Assembly: GCA_004431415.1 (NCBI GenBank)
Contig: QPMI01000500.1
Span: 6,294-70,293, forward strand
Reading direction: 5' to 3'
DNA length: 64,000 bases
Source: Cyanophora paradoxa CCMP329
Lineage: Eukaryota; Plantae; Glaucophyta
Under the pieces are notes generated by a model that was given only the letters and a program-made list of their open reading frames with translations, did not search any database and was not told where the DNA came from. Shown here piece after piece: positions 54,445 to 64,000 of this stretch. Every line of letters begins with the position of its first letter. Positions within the stretch are counted from its first letter, which is position 1. The translations under genes and the position numbers were made by a program.

Positions 54445-57400
54445 ACAAGGCCCGTCCTGTACCAGAGAAGAGCTGACGAGAAGGCGGAGCCGAGTTCCTT
54501 GAGCCGCTCGAGCTGCGTCAGCAGGGGCGCAGGACGGCGCTCTGCTGAGCTCGCAATGCGAGAGAGCAAGGGGGCAGCGCGGCCGTTGATGACTCCTTCA
54601 ACAACGGTCGCTGGCTCGACGGTCTCGAGCGTAGTAGAGTCAGGGTGAGGCTCCCCCGATCGAAGCTCCTCCGGGAGAAGAGGCGGGCGACCGAAGAAGA
54701 GGGTGAAGGGCGAGAAGCCCGTCGTGCTGTTGCGCGAAATTCGATGCTTGTACGTAGCCCAAGGGAGGAGCTTGGCGATGTCGCCGGGCCCCTTCCTGCA
54801 CTGCGTCATCAGAACACGCAAATTCTCAACGAGAGACAAGTGAGCTCGTTCGAGAGCCCCCTTAGTCTGTGGGTGGTAGGCCGTCGCGACGGAGTGCTTG
54901 ACCCCGAGACGAGCCAGCGCTTCAACCAGCGGAGCTGCGATGAAAGCAGAGCCCCCGTCAACCACGATTTTCCGGAAGAAACCGCAGAAGCAAAAAATTT
55001 CGCGGAGGAATCGGGCGACGTCGGTGTGGTCATGGGCCTTGCGCTTCGGGTCGGACGTGAACAGGAAGCCCGAGAAGGCGTCCATGGCGGAGAGAATCCG
55101 CTGAGACCCGATCGGCTGCTGACCGAGGCCTGAGCTGCCGTGGTTCAGGATGGTGGCCGCGTCGCGGGTGCCCTTCTGGCCGGTCGTGAGGAACACTTCG
55201 TCCATGTAGAGGATCTCGCAGGGCCCGTTGGTGATGATGGCGTGCGGAGGAGCTCGCACGAGCTTGGCCTGCTTCGCTTGCTGGCAAATCTCGCACGCAC
55301 CAACGAACTTACGGACGTCGTGATACATCCCGGGCCAGAAGTAAGCCCTCTTGAGGTCGTGAAGCAGGCGGCCGACGCCTTGGTGAGAGGCGATACCCGG
55401 AGGGCCAGCCACTGCGCGAGGCGACGAGGGCGCGACACGCCCACCATGCTTCGAGCGGAGGAGAGCGTCGCGAACGCTGTACGGCACGAAAAACCGCTTT
55501 ACTGCAACCGGGCGATGGGCGTTCGGCGGCGTCTCGTGGTAGAGCGTGCGATCCTTGTCCAGCAAGAAGAATCTGCGGACGTGCTCACGGAAGCTCGTCT
55601 CCCGCGACCGTTCCGCTTCGCCAGCAATCGCATCCAGCGGCTCGGCCTTGCCCTCGAGGATGTTGATGATGCGTCGGCATTCATCATCTGCATGCTGGGC
55701 GAAACGAATGTCACGGACAGAAACGGGCGGTGGCAGCGGGTCGCGGGGTGGGCGATTGTCCGGCGCGACGGGCGGCGCGGCCTGAGGCTTGGGGGCGTTG
55801 GCAACGGCTGGGGGCGACGGCGGAGGGGCCGTGGGCGAGGGAGATGGGCTCCGCGGCCGCTTGGCTCCAACCTTCGGTCGCTCCTGGCTACCCTCGTCCT
55901 TGGCCTGTCGCTGTGCTGCTCGTTCTCGCGGGTCGACCCGAACAGATGGCTTCGTGTAGTAGGGCCCGTCCTGCAGCCCTGTGCCGCACGCAGTCTCCAC
56001 CTTGAGGCACGCCGCCAGCTGCTCCTTCGCCTGAGTGACCGCTGCGGCCATCGAGGGTGAGTTCGGCAGCGGATGGAAACCGCGGTCGAAGGCTCGGAAA
56101 GGGACTCGGGTCGAGTTCGATGGTGAGGACGTCGACTCCAGATCCACCCAGAGGTCTTCGATTTCTTGTTGGATCGACGCCGTCAGCGCAGCGATGTACT
56201 CCTTCCTTTCCGCGCTCTCGGGTTTCACCATCAAGTTCGCAGAGAGCTCTGCGAGGGCATGGATCAGCTCATGCGGGTCTTCGTCGCCGTCGTCGGATGG
56301 GGCGCGGGGTCGACGGGGTGACGCGATAGTCCGTCGACAAACATCTTGCTCCCGGGCTTGTACTCGGAATGATGGTGAAGCCAGCGAAAATCGTGCTCCA
56401 CCGGTTGAATCGCGCGTTGACGTCACGGTTCTCAAGGATCCACCTGAGGGATTGTGATCGGTCTTGTGGATAAAGGGGCGGTGCCTAAGGAAAAATCCAA
56501 AACGCTTTAATCCGTAGAGCAGTGCTCCAGCCTCGAGATCCGTAGCGCCGCGGCTCGACTCTCCATCGGTGAGGCGCCGGCTAGCGTACGCGATGGGACG
56601 TTCGACACCAGTCTTCTTGTCGACCTGCGAGAGGCAGACTCCCAGCCCGATCTTGCTGGCGTCCGTCGTCAGGATCAGGGGGTTGGCGTCGGGACTCCAA
56701 TCGGGAGACGCCAGCACTGGCGCCTTCGTCACGAGGTCCTTGATGCGCTCAAAGGCCTCCATCTGCTCCGGCCCCAGACGAAGGGTGTCTTCTGTCGTGT
56801 CAGCCGAGTGATCGGCTCTGCAACCTCCGCGAGGCGATCGAGCGCGCGTCGCAGAAAATTTATTAGACCATGAATTGCAAAACCTCCTTCTTATTCTTGG
56901 GCGCTTCGTAGTTGCGGACGGCGTCGGTGAAGCGAGGATCAAACCTGACTCCCTCGCCGGAGATGATGTGTGCCAGATGGGGAAGCTCGTCCACGCCGAA
57001 GTCGCTCTTCTCCATCCGCAACTTGATGTTGTTTTCACGGAGACGGTGGAGTACGATCTTCTGATTGACAATTAGTTGATCGGGGTTTTCGGCGGCGATA
57101 GGCAGGTCGTCTATGAATGGGTGCGCGGCGTGGACGACAACGGCGGGCGTCAACGCCGTGTCTAGAGCGTACTGGAAGAACGAGGGCGCGTCCGTGCTAC
57201 CGAAAGGCATACGCGTTGGGCAGAATTTGCCAAACACAGTGTTGATGGCGAGTCTCAGTGATGCCCGCTTGGTGCACTCGAGGAGATTGAAGGCTCCGGG
57301 ACAATCTGTGTATGTGAAATTTTTTTCCCGTGAAATCTCGATAACGACTCCTCCACGGTGGGTTGTGTATATACAAAGGGCTTCCCGTGTTTATTAATTG

Positions 57401-58030
57401 CCTCGTTCAATGGTCTATAATCATTAACCATACGTTCCGTCTGGTTTCTTTGGGACTAAGAACGTGGCGGCGCCCATAAGCTGAAGCATGGTGCGAGTTG
57501 GCCCCTCTTAACTTGTTCTTGGATGATCTCATATAAAAGGGCTTGGTCGGGAGGGAGAGAGCAATAGGGCGGCGGGAAATGGGTTGGCGTCTCCGGTGTC
57601 GACGTCATATTTTAAAAATGGGATGGGGGGACAAGGGTGTCAATTTCGAAAACGTCACCGAACTCATTCAGATGGTTGAACATCCGATCCTTCAGCTCCT
57701 GCGGCCAGTTCTTCTTCTCCAGCTTCTCCCGCAGCAGCTTGCGTTCTTTTCAGACAGCGGCCGCTTGGGATACTCTGCGGGGAGGTAGAACGCGGTGCGA
57801 AGAGAAGGGGTGCGAGTTCATAATCTGGGTCGATGGCAGTCGACCCAGACCACCCTCCGCCTTCGAGGGCTCCAAGATGAAGCCTTCATCAGCAGAGGCG
57901 GCGATCTCGGTGATCCGCGACGCCGAGAGGCTGATGGCTGGCGCCGGGTGCAGATCGATGGTGCCGATGGTCGTGTGATGCATTTGTTGTAAAGGGGAGG
58001 ACCCCCCCCCAAACCAGACCGCCCCCAAAG
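54445..58030 (-). mobile_element. pol: Ty3/Gypsy LTR-retrotransposon pol (RT-RNaseH-IN), frameshifted, 3' end cut by B
   Basis: LVPKKPDG, MPFG..DAP..FQ, FIDD, TTDASKIGLG..LSQ, PIAYASR, HQG...YFWPGM...CEICQ, YHPQTKGALER. GC-rich. No LTRs recognised. Confidence 0.9.
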
Positions 58031-58339
58031 TCTGGTTTTACCTTCAGGGATCCACCCCTTCTAGCGTCATCAATTAGCGATTTTTCTGAGATCAGTTAGG
58101 CGTGTTAATTAGGCGTGATGATGGACGAGCATGGATTTGAAGATTGGAAGGCGTGAGGGCGAGTGCATTGGATCTGAGTAGAGAATATCGAGGAGCTCTA
58201 TCTAGGCGCTATCAGGGGCGACCTCCAAGCGTACGGGCCCCAGAGCGGTCTGGTGCGGCCTCTGGAGATGAGAAACGTCGAGATTAATATGTACAGTACT
58301 AGTGGACCTATAGCTAACTGCTGAACGTAACTGCTCCTC

Positions 58340-61300
58340 ACACAAATCAGAGTCATATATCAGAGTCAGAGTCAGAGTCTGAACGTTCCTTACTGAGTCA
58401 GAGTCAGAGCCATAGAGTATTCTAAGCTAATCATTTGATAGCTATAGAATAATTCAAGATCAATGCGGCCACCGACATGGAGGGCAGTAATCTGATATAT
58501 CGATATATAGGTGTCAGAAAGCATTCAGCAAAGAATGATATATAGTCATTATATAAGTAAACGCACATTTGTGGCGGTCGGGCACGTCCGCATCCTGTAG
58601 AGGACGAGAGTCTGCACACTCGCAGCAAGGGCATACAACCGGACTTGACAAGGGCGCATGCTGCCTTTTCGCGTAACGGTGAATCTTGCGCGACGGCTCG
58701 CACACGTTCATTCTTGCTTCGACGCGCCAGCGGCACGAGGGCAGTAATCTGATGATTTTATTAGCAAGGCACAAATTGTACTAAGTGTACGTAATTGCAC
58801 ACGCACACATATGGTAGCGAGAAGGGATGCTAGACGTTTACTAGAATCCATGCACTCGCAACAGCAGGCAAACAACCGTACTTTACAAGGGCGCATGTGG
58901 ATTCGAAATTGAGCTTGGGACGGCTCGCACAGGAAGCTGGTAATGTGAAGGCAAATCTCTTCTGGAAACGCAGAACCTCAGTCAACAGCTGTGCAACTTC
59001 TGTGACGGTTGCCGATCGCGACATGGCCCAGTGGTCTACTAGGCCGGGCTAGCGCTATACGACTCTGTAGTAGAGTCTGTACGAGTAGGCTACGCCGCTA
59101 TAGGCTACTTACTATACTAAGTTAGCCGCTAGTAGCCGCTACTATAGTACGCCGCGACCCGACTTGCCAGTTGCCAAGTTGCGAGTGTGATAGCTGAAGC
59201 CGCTGAGCACGCCTTTTATACTCGTTTGTTCTTTTATCAAAAGAAAGATAATAATTGCAATTGCCGGCTTAAGAAGGTTCCATCAAGTTCTGCTACTTCA
59301 TATAACAAAATTCGCATTTAACAAAAAGAATTAAATTCTGGGTCCCCGAAGGTTCCAGCTGCCGAGTCAGACGTGGCAGCTTGCCATTGGCCAACGTGGC
59401 AGCTCGCCATTGGCCAACTTCAAGAATTGTGCAATTAGCAAAATGAGTTATATTCGTATTTGTTTGCGCCATGATATTGAAAAACAGTACAATTGTAAGA
59501 TTTGTCTATAGCAATTCTCAATTCTATTGCTGAAGTTCTAGCAATTCTCAATTCTCTACCTGCCAGGCTGTTGCTGCAACTTCAAATTTCAGGCTTGCTA
59601 GCATGCTGGCCTAGCTAGCGCCGCCGTCAAGGCCGACGTACTACTGTAGGCGTAGTTTTTTAGCCGTTGTAAATAATTCGGCAATTTAGTATGACGGCAA
59701 TTGCTTTGGGGGTAGGTAAATGCTCAGCCCGCCATAGAGCAGAAATCTGGATTCGGCAATTTAATACCACGGCAATTCCGGTTTTGGACAAATTCGGCAA
59801 TTTTACTACGCGGCAATTTTAACTACGCCATAACTACTAGCTATAGTAGACTACAGCTATAGCGCGGTACTAGCGCCGCTAGCTATAGCGGCTAGCGTAT
59901 TATAATTACATTTGTACATCAAGTCGAGCTGATGTTAATTTGATGCGGATCGGAGTCATGGGAAAGTTTGCAATTGACTCATTGACTCAGTGATGGCTAT
60001 CATAGTATTTGAAGCCGCCGCCGTCGACGTCAGTAGGCCTGCACCGCGCGCGACTCAGCTCGAGAGTCAGAGGCTCAGAGCTAGCGACGCTCAGGCTACT
60101 AGGCTAACCCATTAATTAGTACAGCTAGCGCTAGCGCAGCGCCACGCACGTTTGATTTTGATAGCTTCCATTTCAACTTCTTCCTTCAGCTTGAGCACGC
60201 GACTGCAGATCGCGTCGAGATGTTGCATGCTACTATCGTGCTCTTGCTGGCTCTGCGCAAGCGCCGCGAGCGTTAGTGCATCGGACTCGCCGACGCCAGC
60301 GCTAGTCGCGCTAGTCTATCTCCTCACCATATTGTGACTCTTGAGCTCGAGATCATGTCTGATTTGCCGCATTCCTGCAGCCATGCTGCTCAAATCCTCG
60401 AAAAGGGCCGCAAACATCTGCTCGCTAATTTCTGCTCGCATCGAAACTCGTATGTCGTCGAGGCGCCGGCGCTTGTTCGACATAGCGTTCTCAAGGCTGT
60501 GCTCGGTGTTGTTGGCCATTGGATTTGGGGGTCTGTACGCTCGCAAAGCTTGCTGCGCACGCGTGTACTCTTCTTTTGCTAGCTCTATTGCCTGCTCTGA
60601 GCGTCCGGATCCTGATTTATCTGCCCGGTCTAATCTGGCCTTCGCGTTTTTGCAGTCTTTCCTCAGCCGTGCCTTCTCCGGGTGCTCCGCCTTTTTCCAC
60701 TTTGCAGTGCGCTCCTTTCCGGGGACTGGCGGCGGCCGCGGCGCTGCAAGGCGCTGGTGCCGGGCTGGACCGCTTACTAGTTTAACTGAGCTTGCCGGTG
60801 CCGCCAGCCTGGCCTAAGAGTCTAGGACTTCCCGGGCCGAAGCTTCGAGGTTTTCCACCGACTTTCTTTAATTGGCTGAAAAGAAAGAAAGAGAGAAAAC
60901 ACGAAAAAACGTGAAGAAACGAGAAACAGTCAAAAACCAATTGCAATTCGAAAAAAGTCACGAGTCTCAAAAAAACAACATATTGAACGTGTACCGTCAC
61001 TACCGTGACATCCGTATCCGACGTACGGCGGGTGTGACGGACGTACGGCGGGTGTGACGGACGTACGGCGGGTGTGACACTGTGACAGTCGACGTCAGGC
61101 CGCTAGTACTAGCCTAGTAGGCCCGCTACACCCGCTAGCGCTAGCGCTAACCTAGCCTAGTAGCTGGTACGGCTTGCGGACGTTCGGCGGGTGTGACGGA
61201 CGTACGGCGAGGGTGACGCGGGCGGTCTGCAGTGACACTGTGCAATCGGCTAGCACAGCAGTAGCGCTAGCGCTAGCGCTAGCTATATATATATAGGTCC
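58340..61300. repeat. Repeat- and palindrome-rich non-coding region (GAGTCA runs, CGGCAATT x5-6, GCTAGC-rich, 20-bp tandem repeats at 61021-61078); possible terminal region of element D
   Basis: Motifs seen directly; element boundary not identifiable. Confidence 0.45.
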
Positions 61301-61381
61301 TAGCAAGTCTTAGAGATAGCTTCACGATCTAGCGCTACAGCTCCGGCCGCGGATCGAGAGCGCCACAATCACTAAGCCAAG

Positions 61382-62311
61382 ATGCCGTCGCACAATCCAA
61401 CAGCGTACCGGCGTGCTCTGAAAGAGGGGCTGAAGCATCTATGTTCGACGGCACTGGAGCGCCAAGTAATAAGCCAGCGCGATTATGCGTATTTTGAGCT
61501 ATTTTTCAGCAGCAACTCGAGGAAAAGTCTTAACTCGATTAACATGTGCATACTATCAATTCACAGAATCATGCGCGACGCAAATCAGCAGTACGTGCAA
61601 ATGATGGAGATAGCTGGGTCGTCCCCTGAGCAAGCTCAACTGCGGGCTGACATCGAACGGGCTTATCAACGAGTTGAAGAAGCTGATCTGACTGCGTTTT
61701 CCCTAGCGAGTATCAAAACGTTCTCGCACCAGGCTGATTCGATTTGCCCAATTCCAGATGTAGGCGTTGAGGATTCACAGTCTATCGCTAATGCGTCAGA
61801 GACAGCGAGCACCGTACTTGGCGAAGCCGAAGAGCCAGCTGCAGCGGAGGGCATAGCCAGCGCCGGCCAAGGCGAAAATGACGAGAATAATAATTCAGCA
61901 CCGGCTGATGCAGCTGCTGAGATCGAACAGGGCTCTGATCGTGAGGAGATCGACGCCACGCGTACGGCTCTAGATCTTGATCCAGTGGTTGATGGCTCCG
62001 TTCCAGGGGGGCTTGGGGGTTGGAGGGAGCGAAGTGGTCCGGCTATAGCTAGCGCTAGCACCGACGCCAGGCGAGCTCAGCAGCCTCGCCGGCAGTTGAC
62101 AGCAGAGGAGCGCGCAGAGCGACTACTGAAGCGTAAGCGTAAGGCGCAGCACGAGCTCTGCCTAAAATTGAAAGCAGCTGGGGTTAGAGTGGCTGTGGTG
62201 GGAATCAGACGAGAAGATGGCGGCCACTATTTCACAGAGCTCGTCCCGACTTCAGAGCAGTTTACAAGATGGTCACAAATCGTGAACACGATCATGCTGG
62301 CCAGCCCTTGA
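61382..62311 (+). CDS. Hypothetical protein (element D)
   Basis: 309-aa ORF downstream of TATATATATA (~61284) and upstream of polB. Confidence 0.6.
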   Translation: MPSHNPTAYRRALKEGLKHLCSTALERQVISQRDYAYFELFFSSNSRKSLNSINMCILSIHRIMRDANQQYVQMMEIAGSSPEQAQLRADIERAYQRVEEADLTAFSLASIKTFSHQADSICPIPDVGVEDSQSIANASETASTVLGEAEEPAAAEGIASAGQGENDENNNSAPADAAAEIEQGSDREEIDATRTALDLDPVVDGSVPGGLGGWRERSGPAIASASTDARRAQQPRRQLTAEERAERLLKRKRKAQHELCLKLKAAGVRVAVVGIRREDGGHYFTELVPTSEQFTRWSQIVNTIMLASP

Positions 62312-62417
62312 CCTCTCTTGCATGGCTTAGAGGTTTCCTGCATTCTATCTAGCAGTCAGAGATTGTTGCGCTGAAATCCGAAATTAATTTCAGTCCCTCT
62401 TCTTGGAAGCGCATGCA

Positions 62418-64000
62418 ATGGCCAGCACTGCAGCACTTAAGGCCGAACTTAGAAATTTAGCGACAGAACTTTATGATCGTGGATATGTTCACGGGACATT
62501 TCGAAACAAACTGATGCGCCTAGCGGACGCTAGCAGCGGGACCTGGGGCCAAACGATTCGCAAATATATAGCGACACTGCTGCGACTGCGGAGCACGATT
62601 CGCCCAGCACGCCGCTTATATGAAGGCCAGCTCGCAGGCCATTTTGGCGCAATTGCAGCAGCTCGCGCAAACGCGGTTCAGGCCGAGGAGGCGATACTGG
62701 AGGACGTTCCTAATATATTTCAGGATGTTGAAGAAATTCCCGTGCCACAAGATCTGGATGGGGTGCTCTCTCACAGGCACCACCGCTATCCGAATTTACT
62801 ATTCGATAAGCACGTATATGCAATCGAGCCCACCTACGATCTGGAGTCCGTAAAGAATTTAACTATCGACGTTCTGGGTCAACTGGGCATTGCAGAGATG
62901 ATAGGGCGATTTGTGTTAATCCGGTTCCGCTTTGACAATAATCACATGTATACGACCCAGCTGATCCAAATAAGACAGAACGGGTTGCAGAGTTTGACTG
63001 AGAGTTTAGATGAGCGGATTGCGCAGTGGATGTCAGCACAAATGTCATATCAGGAGGACGATTTCTGGACGGAACATCGATCGAGGTGTTAATTGCAGAC
63101 AACGCGGCTGGCGCCCTAGGCAATGTTCCGAAATTGCCATTTTATCATAGGACAGTCGATAAGCTATACTGCCCGATGTCCCCAGCGAATGACTGCGTGC
63201 TCGAATGCTTTGAGTACGTTAAATTAAATCCACGCGGACTGAGCCTGAAGACAGTAATCGAAAAGCTGGCAAAGGCACCCTATGCATCTATTCGAGAGCG
63301 GCTCGGACTGGGAAAGGGCATGATATCTCTTGATCGCAGCACAGTAGAAGCAATCTGCGGATTTTATTCGATAGATACAACTGTGACGGAGTGGGCAAAC
63401 ACGAAATTCAAGGAGCTTTTTCGAACCCAGTTTGATTATTCGAAGCGTGCAATTCTCTGCAACATTGATGGGCATTGCTACCTGATTAAAAAGGAGGCGA
63501 CACTAGGTCTGGAGCGGTGCCCTTGCTGCGGAAAGATGTTTGATTTGGCAACGCATGTGGAGCAATGCACGTTCTGCAATAACTGCAAACGCGCGTACGA
63601 CCCCAGAAAAGATCATTCATCAGAGTGCCAGGAGATGACGCGCCGTCAAAACGTGATCGGGCGGCAAATCAAGCCCTGCAAACCGGAGACAGAATTTACA
63701 GCGTTGGACAGCGTTGTCTGCGCGGATTTTGAAACGTTTGCTGCCAACGGCAAGACGCACGTTCCATATGCTGTCAGCTATTGCACGATTGAAAAAGGGG
63801 AGGTCTCGCCATGCGAGTTAATTTATGGTGAGCAAACGTTGGACTTGTTTATGCGCTGGCTTGAGCGCCGCAGCGAAAAGACGACGTTGGTGTTCTACAA
63901 TGGGTCTGGCTTTGACTATATATTTGTCTACAAATGGCTCGTGTTAAATCGACCGAATACAGCATTAAACGTTTCTGCGGTCGAACGGCAAGATCAAGAA
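62418..64000 (+). CDS. polB: Protein-primed PolB of a further Polinton-like element D (frameshift ~63080; runs off window)
   Basis: Manual translation after 63080 gives ANDCVLECF, GHCYLI, CPCC, ExoI VCADFET and ExoII VFYNGSGFDY. Confidence 0.85.

Noticed and set aside
54183-57071. 962-aa ORF as one real protein or a Gypsy-PLV fusion
   Set aside because: It switches frames within Gypsy pol and reads through into B's TIR (THSKMRSFNPRL) only because of the junction.
57240-58300. Novel insertion within the Gypsy RT
   Set aside because: Remnants of RT motifs (LVPKKPDG) persist amid noise; likely low-quality or decayed sequence. No LTR or gag could be supported.
60135-60820. Minus-strand coiled-coil gene near 60.1-60.8 kb
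   Set aside because: Interrupted by stops or frameshifts with no recognisable motif; too weak to annotate.

Overview
Eukaryotic locus packed with nested, AT-rich endogenous Polinton-like viruses (PLV/Maverick-type). Element A (<1-20565) is the right ~20 kb of one copy. Element B (26503-54444, ~27.9 kb) is an end-to-end sister copy with ~0.9-1.05 kb TIRs. Both carry a giant modular fibre gene, a patatin-discoidin lipase, two divergent penton genes, a double-jelly-roll MCP, a packaging ATPase, a protein-primed PolB with an eroded exonuclease and an rve integrase. B also encodes an AdoMetDC (speD-like). A short GC-rich, probably host, fragment follows A. A smaller distinct PLV (C: penton/MCP/ATPase) comes next, and B's left end cuts its integrase gene. 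B's right end abuts a Ty3/Gypsy pol gene with no target-site duplication, and another pPolB-encoding element (D) starts at the right edge. The most striking signal is that A and B differ by a ~4.3-kb swappable cassette carrying non-orthologous primase-helicases. Each helicase gene is directly followed by its own iteron/origin-like motif, and the TIRs carry a modular array containing both motifs plus further ones, one inserted between 19-bp direct repeats. This looks like an origin 'collection' matched to interchangeable helicases. Many frameshifts, especially in B, look like long-read indel errors. Domain calls come from motif recognition only, and some boundaries are approximate.
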